Assembly: GCF_964204645.1 (NCBI RefSeq)
Contig: NC_134026.1
Span: forward strand, 8,393,950-8,457,949
Direction of reading: 5' to 3'
DNA length: 64,000 bases
From: Tubulanus polymorphus
Lineage: Eukaryota > Animalia > Nemertea
This document shows positions 10,964 to 24,440 of the stretch, in pieces (within the stretch, counting starts at the first letter, position 1; every line of letters begins with the position of its first letter). A program made the position numbers and the translations under genes. The notes under the pieces were generated by a model. It did not search any database, was not told where the DNA came from, and saw only the letters and a program-made list of their open reading frames with translations.

Positions 10964-13583
10964 TATAAACAATGACCATTGATGCTAAAAGCGTAGAACG
11001 AATCGATACATAATTGAAGCGTGGAGAATGTCGTCGTCGTCGTCTTCGCTGGTATGGATCACAAGGAAGCCCTTAGCTATATTTCCGTGGGTATAAACGC
11101 CTCTAGAATCTGTTTATTTAGACGGTGCGCGCGCGCGCCCGATCGATTTGAAATTGCTCAAAGCGCGAGATATAGATACGTACTAAAGTATTAACAATAC
11201 AGAAACGCATAGAATCCAGAACGAAAGACGCTATAGACACGCGAAAACCGTTTTTCCGATTCAATAAAGGCTCTAAGTTTACTTACGAATATCGACTTAT
11301 TCTTTTCTCTTTTTTTTCCCCGCGTTCTTTCTCGCGAAAAGTTGAATAACGAATTCTCGCGAAATCGCTATTCATTACCGACGACAATTGACAACGATTA
11401 AGATTTCCCAGCAGTGGGAAAAAATATCGAATTTTCCCTAATTCAATTATATGCGGCGGATTCGTCATTGTAGGCGATAAACAACGTTGCAAACAATCAA
11501 TTTTCCAGCTTTGCGACGTTCTCGCGTTCGTGACATTTCGTATATTATTAATGCGCTTATCGACGTATATCTTTGAATATAACGCAGCACGATGGCGGTC
11601 AAACGTTCTTGACGCGGAAAAAAAAACCAGTCAAAGCCGCCCTTTACGTCGGGCGCGAATTCGTTGGAAATCTATTTTCGGTCGTAGTAGTCGTTACATT
11701 TCAAAAGCATTCGATTTCCTAAAATTGCTGCGACGAACATTTCTAGCACAGTTTTCTGAACTGTTTGATACATGTACCCATCATTGGCAGCAACGTTTAA
11801 TTCGTCATTTTTGACGAAAATTCCTGCGGAAAGGTTTTCACCTTTTAAGAATCTATCTTTTTTTCACGGGGAATGCGTTGTCATGGAAACGGAAGCCATC
11901 GATACAAAGCACACGCGTTTACTAATCAAATAAACAGTTATAAAAACGCGGTCGACGACGATGCCGTTTTTCTTCTTTCTTTTATCGAAATTACGAACAA
12001 TTGCGAACGATTCATTTCGTAGATGTGGCCATATATTCATCGAGTTGTGACAAGTCGATTAACTGAGTATGACCAATAAAGATATTACATAGGAAATTAG
12101 ATTTTGACTCGGAAGCCATTGACTGTACAGGCTACCTTTTGGGTGGGTGCGAATTTAGATGAGGCGAAACTTATTTGAGGTTTGAAAATTTTGAGTTTGA
12201 TGCTTTTTAGAGGCATATTACTGGCCAATGTTAGCGAATATTTCATATAACTAGGTCACTGAACCGCTTTTGTAAACTGATAAATTTTCTTCGACAAAAA
12301 GTACCGGAACTCGTGATGCTGCAAGGAGGCACGTTTGCACCCAACAGGATCTTGTAGGAAGGAACCAAACATCCCCCTACCACATACCCCCACGGATACG
12401 GGCTTGTAGTAACCAGTCCACACTGGTTGTGGCAGCCATCATTTTCAACGACTGTTCATGTTCAAGAATAGGTTATGTTCGGAAATGTCACCAACCCTCT
12501 CAGAGACCGAAGATGAACAAAATGCAATACCGACTACCAATATTGGCTTGTTACACCTCGGGCAAATACAGCGATTACAAAAATAACTCTTATTATCACA
12601 ATTGGCAGCCGAGGCATACGCGAACATGAACACGATGATCTCGCTAAAATATAGCTGCTTCTGTCGCTGAAACGAGGATGGAAGGAGCAGCGATCGAGAT
12701 ACGAGGATAGTACCGAAAATCATAACCGAGAGATATGGAAAAAGCAACACGCGCGACTAACAAGAAGATGGCTTTGGTGAATGTTGTTACAAGAGAAATA
12801 AAGAACTTTCTATAGATATATGTATACATTAACACTATTCTTGATCCGTCTCCGGAAGACATATACAATATCTAACTCTACTACTAATGACAAAAATAAA
12901 TAAAATTCGACTGTTTTCTTTTGTCAAGATTTTTTAACTCGGCAAAGGTTTTCAGGTCTTTTTAAATGGGATTAGGCCGAGCTTCCAATGAAAATGAAAT
13001 TGTTAATCAATTATTCCATTATTTGCAACTTAAAAGCTATCAAAACTACTAGGTAAAAAATATATCGATGATCGGTGAAATTTGGAAGAGATTTTTCGAC
13101 GAAAATACTTCTTTCGAGTTTAATCAACAGAAAATGGTGGATAGTCGCAATTATTCAGGTTTCCTCCAATAATCAGTGTTTTCAATTTAATCAATGAAAA
13201 GTGTTAATAATAATAATAACAACAATAGTAATAATCTACATTAATTGTTTTAAACGTTAATAATAATGAATAAATTCAGTTAAGGTATTTCTAGTACATG
13301 ATTGTGTGAGATATCTAGCACCAACGAAACCATTATATCGAGTGACTCCATAACTATCAAAAAATCCGTCCCTCGCCGCTCAATCGAGAAATGCTATTTT
13401 TGAAAGTTTCCAAAGGTTAGGTATCTGTCCGATTGAACCAGAAAAAAACCTCGAACACATTTCTTTTCGAACAACGTGGACATTCGGCTTTGATCGTTAA
13501 GGATTCGGCTACAATTAAGAGATGCAACCATCATGGAAAAAGCTATATTGGTAGAAGACACTCTCAGTTCAGAAAATACTTAC

Positions 13584-13688
13584 CAGGAAAGTAATGCACG
13601 GGATATCCAGCCGGGAAGGCTCTACCGCCATAGGCAGCAGCGTAGGCCGCCGGAAATCCAGCAGGAAAGAAGCCAGGAATTGGAAAAG
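13584..13688 (-). CDS. msi: Musashi C-terminal region exon (AFPIPGFFPAGFPAAYAAAYGGRAFPAGYPVHYFP)
   Basis: ttcttacag|CT ... CCT G|gtaagt; 105 nt, phase 1-1; Y/F/G/P/A-rich like the vertebrate Musashi GYPGF...GRxYxG...GYxYQFP segment. Confidence 0.88.
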
Positions 13689-14148
13689 CTGTAAGAAAAA
13701 AAGAAGATGCGATTCATTTCAATTACGCACCAAGATCGAACGAGAAAGACAAATTGAAAGAAAAATTGAATTCGAAGTCATCAGATTTTTTTTCGAACGA
13801 AATTTTCATCCAAACATCTTCGAGAATGTTAGTTCTTGATTCTAAATTTTCGACATTCCGTTTACATTCAACTTTTCATCGGAAGACACCAATGACGTCG
13901 AATAGGTGGCGATTTTATTCAGTAAGTAGCTTAATCATATCACGATTAATAATGATCTACATAGATAGATAGATATATATACACAGATTGTAGACAGAAA
14001 TGTGCAGAGAACTGGTGAACAATCCACTCATATTTATATAGCTAAATATATTTATATGTATAGCGTCTCATCATATTTCCGGTCTCTTTCACACACGAGA
14101 AGTCTCTCTTTTTCTCTCTCTAGACTTCTTCGTTCTTTTTCTACTCAC

Positions 14149-14184
14149 CGGCTAAACTTTGCAACGCTTCGGCGGCTTCGGCTT
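14149..14184 (-). CDS. msi: Probable Musashi micro-exon (EAEAAEALQSLA), 36 or 33 nt
   Basis: Pyrimidine tract tttttctctcttgc, tandem AAG-AAG acceptor, consensus donor G|gtgagt; phase 1-1 and open in the Musashi frame; no family homology recognised. Confidence 0.6.
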
Positions 14185-14885
14185 CTTCAATTGACAATGC
14201 AAGAGAGAAAAACAATGAAGAGCAACTTACAGAATTTTGTTTTCTCGCGTTTCGACCGATTACAAAATCAGTAATCGGTCGTTGTCATCTTCGTCGTCGT
14301 CGTCGTCGCAAGTAGCCTTTCAACACTCTACGAGAGCCTACACATTCCTTACGGCGGAATCAAAATCCGACGATATATACGAAAAATTTGAATCCGAAAT
14401 ATAATTCTCGAGCTGCACATTTCCGCCCTAGTTTTCTACGAATCTAACGAACTGTTCTTATTTTGTTTTTTTTTTTTAAACAATATACAGACAAATTTCA
14501 TTCTCGTGTGTTATAGATAAATATATATATACATATACGTATATTTATATGACTATGGCTAACAAGACATTTTTCGAGAGTATGTTACACAATCATTAGA
14601 GATACATTTGTCGGCTGTGAATACGTGTGATGATGGCTCGGGCACAAACTAGTAAGCACAGCATGTGTAGTAAAAATATATATAATCAAGCAGATAATTT
14701 TTTTCTAAAACTAACCAAAAAATCGTGTTGTTCGGACATTAGTACTGACACCAAATACAGAGAAGGTTAGGGTGATCGGATTGCGGGGGGGGGGGGCCAA
14801 CACCGAGAAAACTGCCAACCGAGAGTTAAATACAGTATATTCTATCATATCCAACATTTTGATTATCTTGTAATGAATAACACGC

Positions 14886-14976
<91 letters not shown>
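14886..14976. repeat. (TAG)n microsatellite
   Basis: Perfect run of about 30 units. Confidence 0.97.
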
Positions 14977-15890
14977 ACCATTCATCAAACGGGTAAGTAC
15001 ATTTTAGAAGATTTTTTCAGCAAACTAATTTGCCGCTCGGTTCAAACGAAGACGAATATCAAGCGGTGTACGGGCACCGCGGGGAAATGTCGATTAAAAA
15101 AAGAACTCTATAACTAATCCGATGCGGTTCAGTCATCGCGCGCGCGCGCGCGTATAAGCGGTTTAAACGTAAACTTAACTGAAGCGCGGTTAATCCATAC
15201 ATTTTTTTTTTACAATTAGACGACATCTCGGGGAAGAGTAGAACTCGTCGGTCGTCGTCATCGCGGAGGATTTTATTCATTTGATTGATTAGGTTAAAAG
15301 CAAGCAGTTTTTTGGGTCGCATCAAAAATGTCACCAGACGTTAACCCTTTGAATCGCGTACGGATTTATCCCGCAAATTATATCTTCGTCCCCATCGTTA
15401 TCATCAAACGAGTTTCGGTTAGATATTAATTCACCAAAAATCTAGTTAGAAATCGCAGCTTTCTAAATTACGTTTTCGAAAATTTTCTGATTATATGATT
15501 AGATATTTCTGCTTCAAAACGACGATGCGGGCGGCAGTATTTGTGCACTGGGTAAACTATATACAGATCGAAATCTATGAATGTAAGGATATCTAGGCTC
15601 TAGTCTGATTATTGAGAAACCACTGACAAGACGTTATCGTAATGTCGTAACAACGACGACACGAATAATAGTAATAATGAAGAAAATTAGCAATCAAACT
15701 CAATAAAGAGAGAGCACTAACGAAGACGGATAGATATCAAAAGCGATAGAAATCAAGACCACCGTACTCCACGGGCAAACTCAGTTTTGCGGGTTCACCA
15801 GGCCGGATATGACAAACTGGATCAGCGTGCAAACTGAGTAAATGTAAGTGGCCCTTATTCACATGCCATCACTAACTTAAATGCAACATA

Positions 15891-16000
15891 AACTGCGATC
15901 ACGCGAGCATTTTTAGGTTTTGCCAAATTAAGCCCGGAAAATTTTTTATACCGGTGCCAAATCGGCCCGGGCCAAATCGTCAGCCTGTGATCGCGGCTAT
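15891..16000. mobile_element. Family B short MITE
   Basis: Ends aactgcgatcac ... gtgatcgcggct, internal ggcccgggccaaat. Confidence 0.6.
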
Positions 16001-17495
16001 AGATAACAAGTCATGCTTTTGCCTAATCGTTCTCAGTCATTTCTCTCTTTTTATCGAGTACATACAACTAAATGTCTGACGATTTTTTTCATTTACGAAA
16101 ATGAAAAAACAATTTTCGTAAACAAATGAAACACGTCGACTGTCATAGGGGCATTAAGGCGTTGGCTTGGCTCTACTGCAGTGCGCACTGGCTTTGTGTT
16201 AAGTATTAGCTCAGTCAAAAATTCGGGCTAATAGGTATAGGCCAAAACCATATAAATGTATGACGAAGAATCAATATTTCAATATTTGATAAGGGGGTAT
16301 TTGATTTGACAGTGTTTACCGAGTATCATGTCCCACGAATGTAAATGGAGTTCGGGATCTGAGAAAACACATGTCATCGCATCGAACAAACATTCGAACC
16401 AAAATTCCAAGTTTAATGTCATTCGGGCGAAAAAAAAAAAATAAATAGAATAAGAAGACCAAATATCATACGGCGCGAGAAGGATTTTCATTATTTTTCG
16501 ACGTCAAGATTCGTGAATGAGGAAAAAAATGTTTGCCCTGCCAAACAACCCGATTTGTAGTAGGAATGTTGATAGCGTTTTTTGCAGAATTATGGACATG
16601 TTCCGTCGGCAATAAGATTTGCCGCCATGAGTACCAAACAAATAGAAGATTTCTCTGAACAAACATCGGATAATTCAGCCCAAACGTAACTTTATACCCG
16701 GCTGACTAATGACAGGCTCGATTTGTAGCTGTTCTTAGCTAATCGGTTACGGTTTCGTACGCGTGTTCGTAAACTGGCCGTACCTTCATAGGGGGCGCCA
16801 CCATCGACGAGAACTGTCGCCGTCATATCGGCCTAAAGTCTAATTGGCGTCTCGGAATACAGCACCCACAGGTACGACAACCGCCGGTGATTAAATGAAA
16901 CATCTGCAACGACGACGATGTCGAAGTAACGAGGGAGGCGAGATAAAATCTCTGTCCCTTGTATGGTTTTATGGATTAAGGCGATGAACCAAATGCGTGT
17001 ATACATATATATATGTGTATATAGACATATACATATAGATAGATATATCCAAGCTGGTTCCGAGGTTGAAGCAATATGTGTCGTAGCCCGCGGCGAAAAC
17101 CCATTTGTCTTCTGCTGTCTTAAGCACTTCTGAATAAGCCACTTGCCAGTGTGTTTCTCGGGCTGAGAAATCCTCTTAAGTGATTGGGAGTAGCCGGCCT
17201 TATTATAGATACAGAACGCGCCGAGTAGCCCGGCGCGCGCGCGGAGATCGGTAATGGACGTCAATTTGATTACGCAGTCGTTCTGATGTATCTCGCGGCC
17301 GACGCAAACAATGCGACAACAATGCTCGCCTGTCAACGAAAACTATTCGAATTAATTTACAACTGAAATTCATTCCGATCGATCGGAGCGCGTCGGCATC
17401 GCGACGACGACGTAAATTCTTTCGATCTTTTATGTGGTCGTTTGCGAAAATCATCGACGACTTTGTTGTAGTTGTTGAGGGTTCAAAAACAAATA

Positions 17496-17676
17496 CAGTC
17501 AACCCCCTCCGATATACTGCCCTCCCATATTAAACCAACACCCCGCCTACCGCCAGGTTTTCTCAATGTACATTTCTATGCAAATACATAGTAAAACACC
17601 CCTGATATACCGCCATACTCTCTATACAGCCAAAATCGTTCTGCACCGATGCGGGCGGTATATTGGGGGCTGACTG
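17496..17676. mobile_element. Tc1/mariner (pogo/Tigger-like) MITE
   Basis: TA|CAGTCAACCCCC ... GGGGGCTGACTG|TA; TA TSD, CAGT ends, subterminal atatac(c/t)gcc repeats. Confidence 0.85.
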
Positions 17677-18862
17677 TACGTATATATATATATGGATTCC
17701 TACGCTTCATATGGATTGGTTAGGACTGTAGAAATGTGTCCGGTTCGTTGAAATATGAGGAAAATGTTCAAAATTATCGGTAATCGAGTACATGACTGGA
17801 GTAAGAAATATGGTAAATCCCTCAGCCTCGCTTGAATTGGGTGATAATTGGAATTCGATGACGTAGATCGAATTGATAATTCTGTTGCGGTGGTTTGAAG
17901 ATTTGTGTTCGCGTTAAGCGATCAAGCGAATGGATTCGAATTGAAGACATGCCTATTGCGTTAGTATTTGCGTTATATATATATATATACACACATATAT
18001 AACATATTTCACCTCGTAACATTTGGAGACGCGCGACCGAAAATACGATAACTTAATCGGGCGGCGCTCATTTTTCAAAAGCTGACAGGCGAACCATGTT
18101 GAGAATGTTTAATCATCGGATACATCGATGACTGAATATTTGTATCATCGGGACAGCGGTATCGTAGTGACGCGGAGAGAGGGAGGGATGGAGGGAACGA
18201 AAGAGAGAGAGAGGGCATTTTTAAGAATTAGCTCCTATTAATCACAACCGCCATTCACTTCTTCACCACATAAGCACAGTGTTGTTGCAGTAGCGCTATC
18301 TCTACCGATGTGTTATTCCTGCAATGATGCAGATACAGTGGGGGGATCGAGGGTCGAGGGTCTGCCCCCCATATTAGCAACACCAAGAGCTGGGTTTTAT
18401 TAAAGATTATCTGATCAACATCAGCCTAGCCGAAAAAATAAACCGAAAAGTACACGCCAATTGTAACATCTAGGGTTGCGCCTTGTTCGACGTTAAGTTA
18501 AAACGACAGAATTCGGGCTCGGCGTCCGAGCGGCTGACGCAAAAATTGACGCGATCGCCGGTCGCGATGAATTATGAACTGGCCGTTCGGTGAACCCGCG
18601 TTTATAACCCGTCACCGGAAATTCGATTCAATATCGTCACTTATCTCTCTTCGATATGAAAGATACGTACCACATGCAGTGTACTTTTCGATTCATTTTT
18701 TTTCGACGACACAAATTATACGCTTCTACAAGTGCGAAGATATTACCAACAGCAGCTCAGTCCTTCGCTAAAGAGGACCGATGAATGGTTTTTCTTTTGC
18801 GACACGACACAGGGCGACATCGCGAAGGGCGGCGCTACCAAGATTGGAACGCCGTCGATTTC

Positions 18863-18933
<71 letters not shown>

Positions 18934-19493
18934 CTTACTATATATATAGTAAGATATAAGCGAGGACTGAGTCGTGAAACAGTCAAAGCTTATTCTCTGA
19001 ACACCAAAGACAAACGAGCACAATGATCATCGAAAGCGAAAGACATTTTCCTATCAATGTCTCTCAATAACGCGATTTCGTTGCGGCATTTTTTTCGTTT
19101 CTTTTTCCGTCGCAGGAAATCGAGACTTTCGATTGCCATCGCGCGCGCCACGCCTAAGGATTCATTTTCTACTTCTCTCCGTGAGTCAGCCGCCGCCTAG
19201 TCGTAATTTTCGCTCAGAACAAAAGAACGAAAAGGAAATGGCGCGACGCATCGTGCGAGCGCGTGCGCACATCTCTTTCCGCGGTACTCTAGCCCGAATA
19301 ATTAAAAAAACGTGACACGCAAAATTGACTACGCAGGCTACATTCAGAACGAAAGTGTTTCGTGCCCGTGAACAAACTAAGTAGTCGCGTAACACAGCGC
19401 GCGGGGTCAATAATGCCCTTCATGTCACTGCTGACCACGTCGCAACAAAAAACCATTCATTATCAGTGGCACGTTTGTGATTTGTATAGCTAC

Positions 19494-19551
19494 CTCTTTG
19501 AGCGTTGTGAGCGTTCATTACTTCTTTAGGCTGCGCCTTCTTAGCCTCCAC
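19494..19551 (-). CDS. msi: Musashi end of RRM2 (VEAKKAQPKEVMNAHNAQR)
   Basis: tcattttag|GTG GAG GCT AAG AAG GCG CAG CCT AAA GAA GTA ATG ... AGA G|gtagct; 58 nt, phase 0 to 1; matches Musashi VECKKAQPKEVM. Confidence 0.95.
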
Positions 19552-20106
19552 CTAAAATGATTGATGACAATTCGTTCGGGTATTATTTCATCAATAAACG
19601 ACGCATTCTCTCGCCGTCGAGCGAAATAACGCCGGGTGACCGGGGAACCGGCCCCGGCGTGCGTGGAAATATTTGCACAGAATTCGCTTTCAGCTTCCTG
19701 TCGTCCACTCCACGCGCCGTCGCGATATTCGATATTATCGAAGCGACAAATCTACAAAAACTTGCAGAATCCGTCGCGCTCGATTCCTCAAGCGGTAAAA
19801 GGTTTTTAATTTGACTTCGGGTTTCGCGTCTGCGTGTAAGAGGCCGGAAGGCTTTTTTTTTATTCGTCGCGCAGAAATAGAAATGCTGGCGAGGATATGA
19901 TCTGAGTACACAATATCGCCGGGATTGTAACATCGTTCCGACGCTGATAGTAGGGAAAAATAATTGGGTTTACAAGGCTAGGCCGTTCATTTGTAAGTGT
20001 GAGCGGAATGCCACATACAGCGGCGAGAAAATGAGGAGTAACCGTAAAATGGCGCGATAATGGCAGAGATTTGTTTTCTGACAAGGCCAAATAAATGAAT
20101 ACTTAC

Positions 20107-20189
20107 CATTCGGTTATTGACTTCGTGGAAGTGAATGTCGCAGGCTTTCTCGGCACAGTCATCGCTTTCAAATGTCACAAAGCCGAAAC
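20107..20189 (-). CDS. msi: Musashi RRM2 exon with RNP1 ([28 protein letters not shown])
   Basis: ttattccgcag|GT TTC GGC TTT GTG ACA TTT ... CGA ATG|gtaagt; 83 nt; completes RNP1 RGFGFVTF with the preceding exon; IHFHEVNN matches the Musashi signature IHFHEINN. Confidence 0.96.
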
Positions 20190-22056
20190 CTGCGGAATAA
20201 ATAGACGCGGAAATCAGTAAATGCCGGGGGGGGGGGAATTTGACAATTCGGAAGCAGTTAAGAGAATAGCATCTGTCAACTCAACATGAAAAATGACGCG
20301 AAGAACTTAAGATTTGTTTACGTGTCAGTTTTTAAGACACTGAACTAGAAAGTATGATCAAATAATGTAAAACATGGATGTTTTCTCGATTTCCCAAATC
20401 CCTTATGAATTAATTCAGATCGAGACAAAAATTCCATGCGTTCTTCGTCAAGAACGCCAAGGAAAAAGGTGGCAGATTTCACCAGTGACTAAATGCAATA
20501 CCCCTGGGCCAGGTCGTATAAAGAAACCATTGGCGATCAATCCAAATTTAGAAAATATTGGCAAATACCATAGGAAAGGGTACAGTACTCGATGCAAATA
20601 CATGGATGTTAGAATTTTTAGAAACGAAATACAAAGCACTAGCTCGATAATTCAATTTTTCAACTTAGAAAGTCGAACATAGCCTCGTAGTTATGGAAAA
20701 AATGATTCATGACGAATGCCGCGAAAATCTTGCCCGATCAAAGAGATCCAATTTTTCTATTACGGATAAATCCGCGTTTCTCTTCTCAACGGGCGATCAT
20801 CAAAAAGATAACTTTCCAATATCGCCGGCTACGATTTACATACGTAATAATTTCGCAGATTACGATCGTCGGCTCTGAAGCTAATACACTTCGCGCTGCG
20901 GGGCCGGTGGATACGAAACGTTCGTTCTGTTCTACACGAGCGCGGCTCCTCTGTACTCACTCTAATTCTAATACGAGTACGGGGGCTTATTTGATTTTTT
21001 CTGATGATAATTACTAATTTGAATAAATCCAATATAAATCGCATCGAGAGATATTATCGCTAAGCCGGGCCGCATTACCGACGGCCGGCGAGTGAACAAA
21101 CGAAACGGTAACCTTTCCATTTTTCGGTATTTACATTTACGCTTTCATCGACGATCAAAGGCGAATCTACAGGCTTACATTCGCAGAAGTAAGCCGTTCC
21201 TTTGGCGAAGCGCAAAAAGTGAGCTTGATTAATACGACTACGGTATTTCGAAAAATGAAATCATCTTGATCACGGGTGCACACGTTTCACTTTTTTTTTT
21301 CTAACGATCAGCAGCAGCAGCAGCGGCGGCGGCGGCAGAAATGAAATTCTTTCTTCGATGAGAAAAAATATGCAGACTCGGATGGGGTACGGATGCCTAG
21401 CGCGACTGATATAAATCTGAGCTTCGAATGTCGTCTGCTAATGCATCGTCGTTAATCGCCAGTCAATTTCAACGGTCCATCGGGCATTATTGGCCTACTT
21501 TTCGCCTGAATAGTTCCCGCGTGCTGTCAATCATACCGAGCTCGCTGATATTATCATCATTATCAATCAGCTTCTCAATTTGAATCGCAATAATACGGGG
21601 GTAGTCTTTTATTTCTACTAGCGCGCTGCGTACTTGACAGAAATTAATTTCGACACATTTTACAACGCCGTGTGCCGACTATGGCTATGGCTACGTATAT
21701 CGGCATTGTATTGCATTATTTCCAGTCATTTTTTCGTCGTGCTGTACTAACCGTGTTACCAAGGGCGACTGCATTATTGCGTTGATTGCGCAAAAACCTG
21801 ATACAGAATAACTGATGTCCGACGTTCTGTATCAGTCAATTTTTCATCGGCCGATGTCTGACTATACTTAATAAATTGTCTTCGGGACCAGCAGCGATAT
21901 CGAGAGGCATAACGCGTCGGAATATTGCTCGGTATGCTTCACGTCATCATTCGGGCATCATCGTGTAGCTAAAATCGTCCACGCATAAAAATGGCCGCTG
22001 CAGTAATGAGACTTTAAGTGCAAAACGCTTACATAGCTAGGCATGAGATTGCTGCT

Positions 22057-22580
22057 TGGATCCCTCCTAATTTGTTTTGGTCAACGACATGGCATCACAT
22101 CATGATATTACCATAACTATACTATTAAGACACTGTATATGTTCATCATACAGCCAGTATATACCAAAATATAGCATATATGTACAGACCATGTTAAGGT
22201 CAACTTAACTCTAGTTTATAAAAGATGCACCCCCCCCCCCCCCCTGGTAAATATTGGATCCCTCCTAATTTGATTTTTCAATAACATAGGACACCGTAAT
22301 ATTTTCCTCACACTGTCATAAGTCTATACAAAGTCAACAAACTCTAGTTTATAAAAAAGGTGGCCACCTCTAAATATCGGATATATCTAAATATGTTGGA
22401 TCCATCCGAATTTGCTTTAGTCAATAACATGGCACAACATGATGATGATATTACCATAACTATACGATTAAGACGCACATATCTTCATCATATTGCTGCA
22501 TAAGTATATACTAAATAGTATTACTACAAGTATTAATATTGGTAGTACATACCATGAAGGTTACCTAATGTCTAGTTATT
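22057..22580. repeat. Diverged tandem repeat, 3 units of about 140-200 bp
   Basis: ttggatcc(c/a)tcc(t/g)aatttg recurs at 22057, 22254, 22397, with ctagtt(t)at and gatattaccataactatac blocks. Confidence 0.75.
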
Positions 22581-24094
22581 ATAAGTGGCCGTAGTCTTAT
22601 ATCCCTTGTAACAACATAAAAATTGCCTCTACTAGTGATTTTTTAAAAGATCCAATCACAAGTCGGCAATTCGATGATGTCAAAGGGGATTAAGGAGACG
22701 GCCATCTTAATCATCTACGGCGACCATATTAGGAGCATATAAGTATATAGAAACTAAATGAATACGGCGCGTTCGCGAGATTAGCTACTACGGGTACGAA
22801 AGTAATCGGTTCTAAACGATACGACTAGAGAGTATTTCGTGCAAACCGCGCGTTTCCCTCCTGTCACTCGTTTACCACTTGACTTCCAGTAGATTTCTGC
22901 CCCGCCACGGCAGCCCGCCGGCTAATTGCGACTGGAAAAAATCCGACGACTACGACGACCGCCGCTATGAGAGAACGCGCTGCTCGCAGACCTCGGGCGA
23001 ATTGAAATGTCTCGATAACAATTATAGCTTATGAGGTCATTTTATTTTATGGTTGACTGGCCATTTCATCTTTCTCCCTCCTGGCACTTAGTCATAGGGT
23101 TTATTACTAAGCGCATATGAAACGAGAATGCAGTCACGACGAGTCAGCGCGAACATGGAATGGCTACATCGACAGCCATTGCTTTTTCACCGGCATTAAG
23201 ACTTATTTTCCGCCCCATGTCTAACCCCCTAGGCCGGTTTCCGGGCCAAAAATATATCTCACATCTGATGTCTCCAGTTGTGAGATTGGCTACAGAAGCT
23301 GAATAATCTTAAATTAGTCTTGAATTTGATCAGGTTGACTTCCAATCGCCAAATGTTAATGAAGTACAGCTTTCGATTTAGAGACATTGCATACAATTAT
23401 TGGAATGAAATATTTCTAATTTTTGCACAGGCAACTCGGAAAGCAATCTCTGTTCAAGCTAAAAATTAGTGTATTTATTGATTGATACCAATAGCCAAAT
23501 TTTGTAGCGACATTTTATACCCTATTGTAGCGACATTAAGTTTTCAGGGTTCATCCCCTCACTTAGTACAGCCTTGTTTGGGTTGGGATGAATCCTTGAC
23601 ACATTTCTGTACATTAATGACTGATTCATATTTGTGTATTTGTATATTCTCCTATGTACTGATCTTTTGTGTCTAAATAAACTTAAATTTCAAAAAAACA
23701 TCGCGATCATCTATACACGATCATCTATACGCTGAAATTTTTGCCTGTTTTGCAAGGTGATATCAGGACCTATACGACGCACATCAGCAACAACGACGTG
23801 GATTATGGATGATAATGAATCGTCATATTTGCCGCTGCTGCTGCCATTTATAAGAATTAATTGCAGAAATTTAACCGCAAATGTGACTGCTCGCGTTCGC
23901 GACTTCATTAAGGCACGGATTGCGTGTTCGGCTCGGTTTATCATCCCCCCTAACCATGCTCCAGAATACTGTTTTACTAGTCGCTATTAATCTGCGAATG
24001 CCATGCTATGACAATACTGTCTGACATCTGATTAAAAACGATCGCTAAGCGCATAAGTAACGCTCTGTGATTTTTTTTCACGTTTTATCCCTAA

Positions 24095-24440
24095 CTCCCC
24101 TAAGGCGGCTGCCAGCGACTCACTGCGAGACGTGATACTTCGCGCAACCGCCAGTTACAGCGTCGCAAACTGTGTTCTATTTTCTGCGACCAGACATGAC
24201 CGGCACTCTTCCAGTAGCAGAGCATATACACTGCTCTAGCGACTGGTAAATAGTCGCATATCATCACTGACCATTGCATCGCGGTTGACCTAATTTGCGA
24301 CCAGTTGCAACTGATCAGACCACCTTGCCTACCAAGCAATTGACCTTAATTGCGACCATTTTTGCGACCAGTTGCAACTGATCACCTTGCATCGCGAGCA
24401 ATCATATTAAATCCATCGCTCTGGGCTTACTTAGAAAGGG
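24095..24440. mobile_element. Degenerate GCGAC-rich element related to the 40.06-kb MITE
   Basis: Shares gcgactcactgcga; internal duplication tttgcgaccagttgcaactgatca. Confidence 0.45.
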
